A stretch of 64,000 nt of DNA from Vulcanimicrobiales bacterium (GTDB taxonomy: Bacteria > Vulcanimicrobiota > Vulcanimicrobiia > Vulcanimicrobiales > Vulcanimicrobiaceae). The stretch's first letter is position 1, and each line of letters begins with the position of its first letter. Position numbers and translations under genes: made by a program. The stretch is from positions 1 to 64,000 of the forward strand of contig JBBQQR010000011.1 of assembly GCA_038215615.1 (NCBI GenBank), in the 5' to 3' direction. Below, one piece after another: positions 38,636 to 49,646 of this stretch. The notes under the pieces are model-generated. The model worked only from the letters and a program-made list of their open reading frames with translations, was not told where the DNA came from and ran no database searches.

Positions 38636-39652
38636 GTGGCCCTGACGACCATCGATCTGACTCGCGCGCCTCTGGCCGATCAATTCAACCGGCCGATTAC
38701 CTATCTGCGCATTTCCGTGACCGACAAGTGCAATTTGCGCTGCGTGTACTGCATGCCCGAGCGCGGTCTGGATTGGCTGCCCAAAGGCGAGATTCTCACG
38801 TATGAAGAGATCGCGAAACTCGTGGAGACAGCCGCCTCGGTAGGCGTACGCAGCGTGCGCCTCTCGGGCGGTGAGCCGCTAATTCGCCGCGATCTCCATC
38901 GATTGGTTTCGGCAATTCATGATATTGACGGAATCGAAGACATCTCGCTTTCAACCAACGCGCTATTGTTGGCCGACCAGATCGCCGAATTACAAGCGGC
39001 CGGCTTAAGCCGCGTCAACGTTTCGCTCGATACGCTGCGCGCCGATCGCTTCGAAGCTATCGCGCGCCGTCCAGGTTTGGATCGAGTGCTCGCCGGTATT
39101 GACGCGGCCATCGAGGCGGGCATGCAACCGGTGAAGATCAACGTCGTCGTCATGCGCGGACAGAATGACGATGAAATCGCCGAGTTCGCAGAGTGGACGC
39201 GGCGGCAGCCGGTCTTTGTGCGCTTCATCGAAGTGATGCCCGTTCACGAGAACGTGGGGCTGCAACGCGACGCGTACATGAGCTCGGACGAGATTCTCGA
39301 GCGCGTGGGAGCAATTGGTAATCTGCATCCTTCGATCGGGCCCGGCGGGAACGGACCGGCCCGGTATTTTGCTTTCGACGGAGCGCCGGGAGCGGTCGGC
39401 GTCATCAGCCCGCTGTCGCACGATTACTGCGAGCGTTGCAACCGGGTGCGCCTGACGGCGGACGGCCATCTGCGACTCTGTCTCTTTGGCGATCAGGACG
39501 TTGACCTCCGGACGCCTTTGCGCGGCGGGGAATCCACGCAAGGCCTGGCGAGCATTTTGCGTTCGGCCATGCTCATCAAACCCGAGCGCCATCATCTGCG
39601 CTTGGGTGAGACGTCCTCGCGCATGCGGGCCTTTTCCGAAATCGGCGGCTAG
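38636..39652 (+). CDS. moaA: GTP 3',8-cyclase MoaA
   Basis: YLRISVTDKCNLRCVYCM, SGGEP, YCERCNRVRLTADG..RLCL, C-terminal IGG. Confidence 0.97.
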   Translation: MALTTIDLTRAPLADQFNRPITYLRISVTDKCNLRCVYCMPERGLDWLPKGEILTYEEIAKLVETAASVGVRSVRLSGGEPLIRRDLHRLVSAIHDIDGIEDISLSTNALLLADQIAELQAAGLSRVNVSLDTLRADRFEAIARRPGLDRVLAGIDAAIEAGMQPVKINVVVMRGQNDDEIAEFAEWTRRQPVFVRFIEVMPVHENVGLQRDAYMSSDEILERVGAIGNLHPSIGPGGNGPARYFAFDGAPGAVGVISPLSHDYCERCNRVRLTADGHLRLCLFGDQDVDLRTPLRGGESTQGLASILRSAMLIKPERHHLRLGETSSRMRAFSEIGG

Positions 39653-39674
39653 GCCCGAAGGCCAAAAGAAGCCG

Positions 39675-39700
39675 GTCACATCCGGGCGAATCGGGACGTT
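39675..39700 (+). promoter_or_regulatory. Putative autoregulatory ECF promoter GTCACA-N16-CGTT
   Basis: Immediately upstream of the ECF sigma gene; CGTT -10 typical of ECF promoters. Confidence 0.55.
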
Positions 39701-39724
39701 AGCAGCAAAAGGGGGCCCTGAGGC

Positions 39725-40243
39725 ATGGAGCAGGTCTACCTCGTCACCGGAATGTCGGCCGCGCAGAGCCGAGTGGATGCGCTCGTTCGCGAGCACCAGA
39801 CGAAGCTCGCGCGCTACGTACGCCGGATGGTCGGAGATGCCGACGTCGCGCTGGATATCACACAAGACGTGTTCTTCAGCGCCTATCGCACCCTCCAGCG
39901 TGAGCCCGAACGTCCGTTAACCGCGGGCTGGCTCTACAAGACCGCGACGAATACGGCCATCTCGTTCCTGCGCAGAAAAAAGATTCTGCGTTTTGTGTCC
40001 CTCGATCGGGAACACGACGTGCGTTCACTGCGTATCGACGAACGCAGCTCCGCATCGATCGATCTGCAAACGGCGATGCGCCGTCTGCCGGCGGAACAAG
40101 CCGCCGCGATCATGTTGACGAGCTATGCCGGGTATTCGTCGCAGGAAGCTGCGGCGATTCTCGGGACCAGCGCGGATGCGATCCGCCAGCGCGTTTGCCG
40201 CGCGCTGCGGACGATGCGCGCTGTAATGATGGAACCTGTTTGA
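39725..40243 (+). CDS. ECF RNA polymerase sigma factor
   Basis: DITQDVF, WLYKTATN, region 4 GYSSQEAAAILG..AIRQRVCRA. Confidence 0.92.
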   Translation: MEQVYLVTGMSAAQSRVDALVREHQTKLARYVRRMVGDADVALDITQDVFFSAYRTLQREPERPLTAGWLYKTATNTAISFLRRKKILRFVSLDREHDVRSLRIDERSSASIDLQTAMRRLPAEQAAAIMLTSYAGYSSQEAAAILGTSADAIRQRVCRALRTMRAVMMEPV

Positions 40244-41262
40244 GGGAGAAGCAGCTGCACAAGGAGATCGAATCTCTGGCGGGCGCGATCGCGCTCGGGG
40301 AGGCCACCGACGCGGATCGCCGCGCATACCGCGAGCATATCGCGAGCTGTGCGCTGTGTTTGACCGAGTTGGGCGGCGAACACGAGCTCGCACGCACAAA
40401 TGCGCTCGTCGGCCAAGCGCGCGACGGCGAGGTGTGGGACCCGCAACTCGGCAGCGTGCTGCGCAGGCGATCGAGGGGACTCTCGCCCGTGGTTCGCTTC
40501 GCGGCCGCGTTTGCGATGACGTTCGGATTGGCCGCGGCAACGCTCCACTATTTCGCAGTGCCCGTGCGGCCCGCGCCGGCCTCAGCCGTCTCCTACATTC
40601 CGGCTGCCGGAACGACCGTTCACGGCCCGGCTCCGGCCGCAGCGCAGACGCAGCAGCGCCGGCTCATGGTCTATCACAACGTCGTGCAGATGGCGCGCGC
40701 CCCGGTCACACCTTCGGAAGCTCGCTCGGCTGCGGCACAGCCGTTCGTAAAGACGCCCGAGATTGCCGCCGTGACGGTCTATCCGCAAACTGCGCCGCAC
40801 AGCAAAGGTCCCGCCGGCGTTCCCGTCTGGCGCGATCCGGTGTGGCGCACCGTCGCGCGGATGACGACGACGTCGCTCAGCGAAACGTCGCCGCAGCGCG
40901 TCAGCAGCGCGGAGATGCTGCAGCTTCGGTCGGCCGGCCGCTCCTTAACCAACGAAGCCGCTCCGCTCGGCGGCGAAACGGCGATCAATCCGCAGCCGCC
41001 GATGATTGCCTATGCTGAAGGCGCAGAGGGTACCACGGCTTTTGAAGTGCTGATCGACGAGCACGGAACGCCCACGAAGTGCGTCATCACCAAACCCGCG
41101 GGCTACCGTTTTCTGGACGAAGCCGTCTGCAAAGCCGCGATGAAGGCGCGTTACTCGCCAAAGACACTGGACGGTCGAGCCGTGCCCGGCCTCTACCGCG
41201 ATGCGTTCACGTTTCGTGTGAGCTCCAACCAGAGCGAAGGGCTCCCCAGACCCATTCACTAG
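40240..41262 (+). CDS. Zinc anti-sigma factor fused to a C-terminal TonB domain
   Basis: HIASCALC (HxxxCxxC), one TM, Pro/Ala linker, TonB_C (EGT..FEVLIDEHG...GYRFLDEAVCKAA..RYSP). Confidence 0.8.
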   Translation: MREKQLHKEIESLAGAIALGEATDADRRAYREHIASCALCLTELGGEHELARTNALVGQARDGEVWDPQLGSVLRRRSRGLSPVVRFAAAFAMTFGLAAATLHYFAVPVRPAPASAVSYIPAAGTTVHGPAPAAAQTQQRRLMVYHNVVQMARAPVTPSEARSAAAQPFVKTPEIAAVTVYPQTAPHSKGPAGVPVWRDPVWRTVARMTTTSLSETSPQRVSSAEMLQLRSAGRSLTNEAAPLGGETAINPQPPMIAYAEGAEGTTAFEVLIDEHGTPTKCVITKPAGYRFLDEAVCKAAMKARYSPKTLDGRAVPGLYRDAFTFRVSSNQSEGLPRPIH

Positions 41263-41299
41263 ACCCGGGAGAACCGCGGCCCATAGCAAAACGCGTGCC

Positions 41300-41644
41300 A
41301 TGCGGTTTCGCTTTGCGTCGCTCGCGCTCGCCCTTATCACGCCGTTTGCGCTGGCCGCGTGCGGCGGCAACTCGAAAACGCGCGCAACCGGCGCGCAGAC
41401 CGAAGCGCCGGTCAATGCCGGGCGCGGCCGATCGATCTATCTCGCGCAGTGCTCCGCGTGTCACGGACGCGACGGAACGGGGGGCCAAATCGGACCGCAG
41501 CTGCGCAACGAACACCTAAAGCGCACGTTTGCCCAAGTTCGCGATATCGTGCTCGATCCCGAACCGCCGATGCCTAAGCTTTTTCCGGCTCGCATGAGCG
41601 GCGCCGACGTGCGCGACGTTTCAGCCTACGTAGAAACACTCTGA
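41300..41644 (+). CDS. Lipoprotein cytochrome c
   Basis: LAAC lipobox, CSACH, GPQL, MP. Confidence 0.88.
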   Translation: MRFRFASLALALITPFALAACGGNSKTRATGAQTEAPVNAGRGRSIYLAQCSACHGRDGTGGQIGPQLRNEHLKRTFAQVRDIVLDPEPPMPKLFPARMSGADVRDVSAYVETL

Positions 41645-43086
41645 TGCCGGTTGCCATGTACCGCTTCGCGCGCGATCTTCGTTTAGACGATCATGCGGGG
41701 CTGAGCGCGGCATCGGCACACGGCGACATTTTGCCCGTGCTGCTCGTGGACCATAAGCTCGAAGAACGCTTACGATCCTCGCCGCGGCGCGCGGCCTATT
41801 TCTGTGGAGCAGCCGCGGCTTTGGATGCGGCACTTCGCGAACGCGGTTCTGCGCTCGTCGTGCGGCGCGGCGAGGCCGTCGAGCTGATGCGTCTGGCGGC
41901 AGAGCACGAAGCGGCAACGGTCGCGTGGAGCGCAAATTACGACCGTGCCGGGATTGCCGCCGATGCGGAGCTGCAGACGCTGATTGAAAAACGCGGCATG
42001 CGCGCGATTGTGGTTCACGATGCGCCTGCAATTACTCCGGAAGAAAGCACCGCGGCGCGCAGTTCCGCGGGCGATGGCTATAAGGCATTCGTTCCTTATT
42101 ACGATATTTGGCGCGAACTCGAACCAGGCTCGTTCGAGGCGCCGTTATTCCTTTCGTTCGTGCCCGCCGGCGTGCCAAGCGAACCGCTTCCGCAACCCGC
42201 TGATTTTGGGTCCAGTAATTCGCTGCCCGACGTGGGCGCGCCGCGCGCGCGAGAGAAGCTCGAAGCGTTCTTGCGCGGGCCGGCGCTGCAATATTCATTT
42301 GCCATAAACGTCCCGGCGGATGATCTCACGTCGCACCTGAGCGCGGACCTGACGTTTGGAACGATCGCCGCGCGCTCGATCGTGCGCGAGACGCGACTCC
42401 GGATGGACGATCCGTTCTTGCTTTCCGAGGAGCGTGCATCTTTACGGCTCTTCACCCGGGCGTTGGCGATGCGCGATTTTTTCCTGCAACTCTCTTGGTA
42501 CAATCCGCAGACGAGCGACGGAGCTCTCCAAGAGAAGATGCGCGACTTTCCGTTTTCGCAATCCCATCCGCATTTGGAGGCGTGGCGCAATGGCCGCACC
42601 GGTTTTCCGCTCGTGGACGCCGGCATGCGCCAGTTACGCGCGACGGGATGGATGCATCCGCGGGTGCGCGCCATTGCCGCCTCGTTCCTGTGTTTCGATC
42701 TCGGAGTTGACTGGCGCGTGGGCATGGCCGAGTGGGACCGCTATTTAATCGAAGACGATCCGGCGCTTTCACGTGGAAACTGGCAGTGGATCGCGGGAGT
42801 CGGCGCCGATCTAGCGGCGTATCCGCGAATATACAATCCTTACAAACAGGCGCGGCGCTTCGATCCCGGCGGATCGTACGCGCGCAAGTGGATCGCGGAG
42901 CTGGCCCACGGACCTGCCGGTGGATTGACCCAGACGCAGCAAGGCTCGGCGCAGATCGAACTGCCGCTGGGTGGGGCCGAGCGCTATCCGCGGCCCGTGG
43001 TCGATCACGACCGCGCGGCGCGCGATTTCCTCGCGCGCTATCAGGAGTTCGTTACGCCGGCAGGCGGTCGTCGATCCAGTCGGTGA
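41644..43086 (+). CDS. phr: Photolyase/cryptochrome family protein
   Basis: RDLRLDDH, GRTGFPLVDAGMRQLRATGWMH, GNWQW, RIYNP. Confidence 0.9.
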   Translation: MPVAMYRFARDLRLDDHAGLSAASAHGDILPVLLVDHKLEERLRSSPRRAAYFCGAAAALDAALRERGSALVVRRGEAVELMRLAAEHEAATVAWSANYDRAGIAADAELQTLIEKRGMRAIVVHDAPAITPEESTAARSSAGDGYKAFVPYYDIWRELEPGSFEAPLFLSFVPAGVPSEPLPQPADFGSSNSLPDVGAPRAREKLEAFLRGPALQYSFAINVPADDLTSHLSADLTFGTIAARSIVRETRLRMDDPFLLSEERASLRLFTRALAMRDFFLQLSWYNPQTSDGALQEKMRDFPFSQSHPHLEAWRNGRTGFPLVDAGMRQLRATGWMHPRVRAIAASFLCFDLGVDWRVGMAEWDRYLIEDDPALSRGNWQWIAGVGADLAAYPRIYNPYKQARRFDPGGSYARKWIAELAHGPAGGLTQTQQGSAQIELPLGGAERYPRPVVDHDRAARDFLARYQEFVTPAGGRRSSR

Positions 43087-43630
43087 TCACGGGGACGCGC
43101 ACGTCGTCGCCGTGCCATGCCTTAATCCCGTAGAAGACGCTCATGACGACAAAGATCGGAATGATAAAAGCGAGGACGATCGCGGCGCTGATTCCCAGAA
43201 TCGGGATTCCCGCCATGAGCGTGAGGACGCCCCACAACCCGGCCATTCCTACATTGAAACCCAACGCCTGATAGGCGTGCTTGCGCAGCCGGCGCGACTG
43301 TTTCCGATCGAAAAGCGATATGAGCGCCAGCGGCCACAACGGGTATCCCATGGCGACAAGCGCGCGCGACTCACCCGGATCCGACGGCTCGGCGACGGTG
43401 GCGCGAGCTTGCGGTGCGGGCTGCTGCTGCGCCGCCTTCCACCACTGTTGGGAGTGCGGCGGAACCTGTCCGGCGACGGACTTGTGCTGCGCATTTGCCG
43501 AGTCGATTTTGGCGGCCAGGCGGCAACTCGGGCACGTGCCGGCTTGATCGCGGCACGTGGCGCACACGGCCTTACTGCAGTCCGAGCAACGCGCGATTGA
43601 CGGAACGTTTGCGTGAAAATAACAGTCCAT
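43052..43630 (-). CDS. B-box-like zinc finger plus DUF4870-like membrane domain
   Basis: CYFH..CSDC..VCATC..CPSC; Q-rich linker; HAYQAL, 3 TMs, VPVI. Confidence 0.7.
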   Translation of the reverse strand: MDCYFHANVPSIARCSDCSKAVCATCRDQAGTCPSCRLAAKIDSANAQHKSVAGQVPPHSQQWWKAAQQQPAPQARATVAEPSDPGESRALVAMGYPLWPLALISLFDRKQSRRLRKHAYQALGFNVGMAGLWGVLTLMAGIPILGISAAIVLAFIIPIFVVMSVFYGIKAWHGDDVRVPVITDWIDDRLPA

Positions 43631-43720
43631 TTTTTGGCCCTCAGACAAGTTCTTTCGTTTTCATCTACTCCTCATGGTGACTAGAGGTTTCGCCCCGCCG
43701 GGGCCGCAAGGCAACCGCGA

Positions 43721-45454
43721 ATGACGCGCCAACGCACGCTCGCGCGCCTAGCATCGGACGCTCGGCCCCGCCTTCCCAGTATCGTCACCGCAATCGTCCT
43801 GGGCACGATTGGCGGGCTGCTGGCATTGGTTCCGGCGCTAGGGCTGGGCCGTCTGCTCAAGGACGTGGTCATAGCGCGCCCGCCCAACATGAACGAGCTT
43901 TATCTCGTGCTGGCGATCGTCTGGGCTTCCTTAATCGTGGCCGCATTGACGAATTATGGGTCGAGCTATCTGCTCGCCTCCAGTGGGCAGTCGCTCATTG
44001 CAAGCTTGCGCGTCCGTTTGTTTTCCCGGTTGCTGCACTTGCCGCGGGGCGAATTTGACAAGTGGCGTCCCGGCGAACTGATTTCACGCTTCAGCACGGA
44101 CATGCAAATGATGACCGACGCGGTCACGATTTCGTTGCCGCAATTGATCACCACGTCGGTCACGTTCTTGTCGTCCTTTGCGTACATGCTCTATTTGGAC
44201 TGGCTGCTGACGTGTTCGCTGATCGTCATCGCACCGCTCGTCTCGCTGGCGGTTTCGCGTTTTCAACGCCTCATTTCACAAGCAACGACGCGTTCTCAGG
44301 AACGCATAGCTGACCTATCGGCCAATTTGACCGAGGTGCTTGGCAGTCAACGCGTGATCAAGGCGTTCGCCCGGGAGAACTATGAAACTGGGCGTTTTTC
44401 GCGGCGCAACGCCGAGTATTTCGAAACGTACATGAAGTTGACGCAGTTCATTCAGACGCAGCCGGTCGTGATTTCGGCATTCATCTCGACCGCCGCTGCG
44501 ATCATCATCTGGCTTTCGATCCGGGAAGTTGTCTTGGGGCGGCTCAACGTCGGGGATCTCTTCGTTTATTGGATGCTGCTCGTAAACTTGGTCAACCCCA
44601 TGAATCGCTTTGCCGCATTTACGGGCGAAATTAGTAAAGCAGTTGTCGGCTCCGGGCGCGTGTACGAGTTGCTGGACTTGCCCGTCGAACGCGCCGATAA
44701 GCCGGGCGCGGTTCCGTTACCGGAAGTGCGCGGACGAATCCAGTTCGACAACGTCGATTTTGCCTACGAACCGGGCGCGCCGGTGCTGCAAAAGTTTAAC
44801 GCGACTATTGAGAAGGGCGAAATCATCGCGCTGGTCGGGCCTTCGGGAGCCGGTAAGACGACGATCGTGAACCTCGTCCCACGTTTCTACGAACCGCAGG
44901 CGGGTCGTATTACGCTCGACGGAATCGATCTCGCGGACGTGCGGCTGCACGACTTGCGCGACGCGATCGCCATCGTGCCGCAAGAGGCGCAGCTTTTCCG
45001 CGGCAGCATCGCCGACAACATCCGCTACGGCCGTCTCGACGCGACCGACGAGGAGGTGCTCGCGGCCGCGCGGGAAGCGAACGTGGATGAATTTGCGAGC
45101 GGTTTCCCTGACGGGTACGCTACCGAGGTCGGCGAGCGCGGAACGCGGCTCTCGGGCGGGCAGCGCCAGCGCGTTTCGATAGCGCGAGCCATTCTGCGCG
45201 ATCCGCGGATCCTTATATTAGATGAAGCGACCAGCGCGCTCGACAGCCATTCCGAGGCGCTGATCGAAAGTGCCCTCGACCGGTTGCTGGCCGGTCGGAC
45301 GACCCTCATCATCGCACACCGCCTCTCAACGATCCGCCGCGCGAATACCATCCTTTATATCGAGGCCGGCCGCGTCATCGAAATGGGGTCGCACGAATCG
45401 CTGTTGGCGCGCGGCGGCGCCTACGCTCATCTGCACGCCACCCAGTTCGCTTGA
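43721..45454 (+). CDS. ABC exporter, fused TMD-NBD (MsbA-like)
   Basis: GPSGAGKT, LSGGQRQR, ILDEATSALD, IAHRLST. Confidence 0.93.
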   Translation: MTRQRTLARLASDARPRLPSIVTAIVLGTIGGLLALVPALGLGRLLKDVVIARPPNMNELYLVLAIVWASLIVAALTNYGSSYLLASSGQSLIASLRVRLFSRLLHLPRGEFDKWRPGELISRFSTDMQMMTDAVTISLPQLITTSVTFLSSFAYMLYLDWLLTCSLIVIAPLVSLAVSRFQRLISQATTRSQERIADLSANLTEVLGSQRVIKAFARENYETGRFSRRNAEYFETYMKLTQFIQTQPVVISAFISTAAAIIIWLSIREVVLGRLNVGDLFVYWMLLVNLVNPMNRFAAFTGEISKAVVGSGRVYELLDLPVERADKPGAVPLPEVRGRIQFDNVDFAYEPGAPVLQKFNATIEKGEIIALVGPSGAGKTTIVNLVPRFYEPQAGRITLDGIDLADVRLHDLRDAIAIVPQEAQLFRGSIADNIRYGRLDATDEEVLAAAREANVDEFASGFPDGYATEVGERGTRLSGGQRQRVSIARAILRDPRILILDEATSALDSHSEALIESALDRLLAGRTTLIIAHRLSTIRRANTILYIEAGRVIEMGSHESLLARGGAYAHLHATQFA

Positions 45455-46968
45455 AGTTTTCCCGGACGGGAGTCATTTGGGCGCTCGCGGCGCTCGCGGT
45501 TCACTTGGCCGGGAACGCTCATTACGGTTTTTTTCGCGACGAGCTGTACTTCATCGTCTGCGGCCGCCACCCGGCGTGGGGATATGTCGACCAGCCGCCC
45601 CTGACGCCGCTGCTGGCAGCTCTCTCTCAATCTTTCGGATTGTCGCTCTTTGCGCTGCGTGTGATCCCGGCCGTTTGCGCAGCCATCGCCACGTATGCGG
45701 CGTGCGTGCTGACGGCGGAGTTCGAGGGCGGGGCGTTCGCGCAGAGCGTAGCGGGCTTGGGAATGATCGTCGCGCCGGAAATGATGGCGCTGGGATTGCG
45801 GCTCTCACCGGATATGATCGAGCTCTGCACGTGGCCGCCGATCGCGCTCTGCACGCTGCGGCTGGCGCGCGGTGCCGATCCGCGCTGGTGGCTCGCCGCC
45901 GGCGCCTTGACGGCCGTTGCGGCCTGGAGCAAATACACGGTCGCCTTTTTTATCGCGGCATTGCTCGCCGGAATGCTCCTGACGCCGGCGCGGCGCGCGC
46001 TCAAGACTCGGTGGTTTCCCGCGGGCGCGCTCCTGACGGCCGCTCTGGTGCTGCCGAATTTCCTGTGGCAGGCGCACAACGGTTATCCGATGCTGCAGTT
46101 GCTGGAAAACGATTACGGAAAATTCGTGCTCAAAGATCCGCCTTTTCCGCTGCAGCAGATTCTGATTATGAGCCCGTTGCTCTCGGTTATCTGGCTGACA
46201 GGCTTGGTATGGCTGTTGTGGCGGCGCGGCACGCGGTTTCTGGGAATCGCATACCTGGCACTCATCGCTGCGATGTGGGCGTTGGATGCGAAAAATTACT
46301 ATCCGGGGCCGGTCTATCCGTATTTGATCGCGGCGGGCGCCGTGCCGATCGAGCAATGGACAGCGGGGCATAAGTTTTGGCGTATCTTATCCGTGGCCGC
46401 GATCGTCGCTTTCGCGATTCCCTCGACGCCCTTCGTGCTGCCCGTGCTGCCGCTCAACGCGTTCGTCGCATACCAACGTTCGCTCGGGACTCTGTTTCAT
46501 TTGCATTTTCACGTCGATCGCAGCGCTGGCAATAACGTGCCGATCGAATATTACGCCGATATGACCGGTTGGCCCGAACTGGCGGCCGCCGTCGGAGCGG
46601 TCTATAAAACCTTACCAGCCGGCGAGCGAGCGCAAGCCGCGATTTTCGCGAGCAACGCCGGTGAGGCAGCCGCGTTGGACGTGTACGGGGAGCGCTATGG
46701 TTTGCCGCCGGCTCTGAGCGGCAACAACAACTACTGGTTATGGGGACCGCGCGGATTTACGGGGAACGTGATGATTATAGTGCAGGGAGACTCGCGTAAC
46801 GACCGCTTGCGCTTCGATTCAGTGAGGCTCGCTGCAGTCTTACACAACCCTTACGGGATGCCGTACGAAAATGCCGTGCGCATCTACATTTGCCGCGGGA
46901 TTCACCGGGCGCTTGCCGCGATCTGGCCGAAACTTCGCGACTACAGATACGGTTTTGCCCGGTTATGA
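45451..46968 (+). CDS. GT-C (ArnT/PMT, family 39-like) glycosyltransferase
   Basis: FRDELYF, WGYVDQPPL, SKY, PNFLWQ; many TMs. Confidence 0.85.
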   Translation: MKFSRTGVIWALAALAVHLAGNAHYGFFRDELYFIVCGRHPAWGYVDQPPLTPLLAALSQSFGLSLFALRVIPAVCAAIATYAACVLTAEFEGGAFAQSVAGLGMIVAPEMMALGLRLSPDMIELCTWPPIALCTLRLARGADPRWWLAAGALTAVAAWSKYTVAFFIAALLAGMLLTPARRALKTRWFPAGALLTAALVLPNFLWQAHNGYPMLQLLENDYGKFVLKDPPFPLQQILIMSPLLSVIWLTGLVWLLWRRGTRFLGIAYLALIAAMWALDAKNYYPGPVYPYLIAAGAVPIEQWTAGHKFWRILSVAAIVAFAIPSTPFVLPVLPLNAFVAYQRSLGTLFHLHFHVDRSAGNNVPIEYYADMTGWPELAAAVGAVYKTLPAGERAQAAIFASNAGEAAALDVYGERYGLPPALSGNNNYWLWGPRGFTGNVMIIVQGDSRNDRLRFDSVRLAAVLHNPYGMPYENAVRIYICRGIHRALAAIWPKLRDYRYGFARL

Positions 46969-46983
46969 GCCAGGGAGGGCGTC

Positions 46984-47151
46984 ATGCTCGTACTCACGCG
47001 TAAACCTAACCAGTCGATCGTGATCGGCGACGATGTTCGCATCGTCGTGGTGTCGATTGAGCGGGACCAGGTCAAGCTCGGCATCGAGGCGCCGCGCGAC
47101 GTCACGGTGCACCGCGCCGAAGTCAGCGAGAAGCTCAAACAGAAGGGCTAG
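46984..47151 (+). CDS. csrA: Carbon storage regulator CsrA (55 aa; absent from the ORF track)
   Basis: [54 protein letters not shown]. Confidence 0.95.
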   Translation: MLVLTRKPNQSIVIGDDVRIVVVSIERDQVKLGIEAPRDVTVHRAEVSEKLKQKG

Positions 47152-47339
47152 GCAGCGGGTTCTTCATCGGGGGGCTGGTTGGGGACCCCCGGCTCGGGCT
47201 GGTCCGGAACCGCTGGCGGGTCCGACGGTCCCCAGCTCGGGAACGGCTGCGCAGGCGGTGGGAGCTGCTCGGGCTGGTTCGGGGGCGGGACGCTCGGCTG
47301 GCCGGGAGGCTCCATGGGCGGGCGGTACTCTGCAGTCAT
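47148..47339 (-). CDS. Small Pro-rich acidic protein
   Basis: 63 aa low-complexity P/Q/E; fills the csrA-rpsB gap and its stop overlaps the csrA stop. Confidence 0.5.
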   Translation of the reverse strand: MTAEYRPPMEPPGQPSVPPPNQPEQLPPPAQPFPSWGPSDPPAVPDQPEPGVPNQPPDEEPAA

Positions 47340-47372
47340 CGGGAGTATTTATTCCCATCGGCGCGATACCCG

Positions 47373-47496
47373 TGCTATAATCGCGCGGCTGTGTCCGCAC
47401 AGCGCACTTCACCCGGCATGGAGGCCGGGTGCGATGGCCTCACAGCGACCGGCGCCAGGATGGCCGCGGGTCCGAGGTCAGAAAGGTCTCTTTCCC
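47373..47496 (+). promoter_or_regulatory. rpsB promoter (extended -10 TGCTATAAT) and structured 5' leader (S2-leader-like)
   Basis: TGnTATAAT at 47373-81; ~105-nt leader with CAC..ACCCG / CGGGT..GAGG pairing and internal GGTGC. Confidence 0.65.
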
Positions 47497-48288
47497 TTGT
47501 CCGTCATTTCGATGCGGGCGCTGCTCGAAGCCGGAGTTCACTTCGGCCATCAGACGCGGCGCTGGAATCCCAAGATGAAGCCGTACATCTTTCAAGAGCG
47601 CAACGGCATATACATCATCAACCTCTCGCTCACCGTTCAGAAGCTCCGGCAAACCTACGAAGCCGTCAAGCAGATGTCGCGCGACGGAAAAGTCGTGCTG
47701 TTTGTCGGAACCAAGAAGCAGGCGCAAGACGTGGTCCGCGAAGAGGCCGAACGCGCCGGAACGTATTACATCAACCAGCGGTGGCTGGGCGGAACGCTCA
47801 CGAATTTTGCCACCATACAAAAACGCATCTCACGATTGCGCGAACTCGAAGGTATGAAGCAACAGGGCGACTTCGAGCGCCTTCCCAAAAAAGAAGTCGC
47901 GAAACTGCAGGACGAGATGTCGAAGCTCGAGCGGTTTCTGGGCGGCATCAAGGATATGCACCGGCTTCCGGACGCGATTTTCATCGTCGATCCGAAAAAA
48001 GAGCGCATTGCGGTTCTCGAGGCGCGTAAACTGAAGATCCCAATCATCGCCGTGATCGACACGAACTGCGATCCCGACGAGATCGATTATCCGATTCCCG
48101 GCAACGACGACGCAATCCGCGCGGTCAAGCTCATGGTCTCAAAAATTGCCGACGCGATTATAGAGGGCAAGACGGAAACGGAGAGCTCGCTTGAGGTAGC
48201 GGAAGACGGAGAAGTGAGCGTCGACTACACCGCCTATGAAGAGCCGGTGGCAACGCTGGCCGATGCCGAAGCGGGGGCGACAGTTTGA
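47497..48288 (+). CDS. rpsB: 30S ribosomal protein S2
   Basis: [35 protein letters not shown]. Confidence 0.98.
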   Translation: MSVISMRALLEAGVHFGHQTRRWNPKMKPYIFQERNGIYIINLSLTVQKLRQTYEAVKQMSRDGKVVLFVGTKKQAQDVVREEAERAGTYYINQRWLGGTLTNFATIQKRISRLRELEGMKQQGDFERLPKKEVAKLQDEMSKLERFLGGIKDMHRLPDAIFIVDPKKERIAVLEARKLKIPIIAVIDTNCDPDEIDYPIPGNDDAIRAVKLMVSKIADAIIEGKTETESSLEVAEDGEVSVDYTAYEEPVATLADAEAGATV

Positions 48289-48890
48289 GCGTGGCTTATC
48301 AACCCAAAGCAGATGAAATTAAAAAACTGCGCGAGTCGACCGACGCCCCGATGATGGATTGTAAGCGGGCGCTGGAAGAAGCTGCCGGGGATTTCGAAAA
48401 AGCCACCGAGGTCTTGCTGGCGCGCGGCGCCGCGCAGGCACAGAAAAAAGCTGAGCGTGCCGCCAATGAAGGGCTTATCTCCAGTTACATTCATGCCGGC
48501 GGAAAAATCGGTGTTCTGGTCGAGGTGAATACCGAGACCGATTTCGTTGCCCGCAATCCGAAGTTCAACGAGCTGACTCGCGATATCGCCATGCACGTCG
48601 CGGCCATGTCGCCGCTCTACATCGACCGCGAAAGCGTACCACCTGAGGTCGTCGAAGGGGTCCGTTCTGAGATGGCCGGCTCGGTTCCGGCTGGTAAACC
48701 GGCCGAGATCGCCCAGAAGATTGTCGAGGGCAAGCTGAACAAGTGGTTCGAAGAGCACTGCCTGCTCGATCAGCCGTTCGTCAGGGACGACACGATAAGC
48801 GTAGGCGATTTGATCAACCGCACCGTCGGCGTGCTTGGGGAAAAAATCAAAGTGCGGCGGTTCGTGAAATACGCGCTCGGGGACGGTTAG
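48285..48890 (+). CDS. tsf: Elongation factor Ts (short form)
   Basis: [22 protein letters not shown]. Confidence 0.97.
   Translation: MSVAYQPKADEIKKLRESTDAPMMDCKRALEEAAGDFEKATEVLLARGAAQAQKKAERAANEGLISSYIHAGGKIGVLVEVNTETDFVARNPKFNELTRDIAMHVAAMSPLYIDRESVPPEVVEGVRSEMAGSVPAGKPAEIAQKIVEGKLNKWFEEHCLLDQPFVRDDTISVGDLINRTVGVLGEKIKVRRFVKYALGDG

Positions 48891-49645
<755 letters not shown>

Positions 49646-49646
<1 letters not shown>

Noticed and set aside
48285..48890. Short EF-Ts suggesting truncation
   Set aside because: About 200-aa EF-Ts is a known normal form (e.g. Thermus, cyanobacteria)
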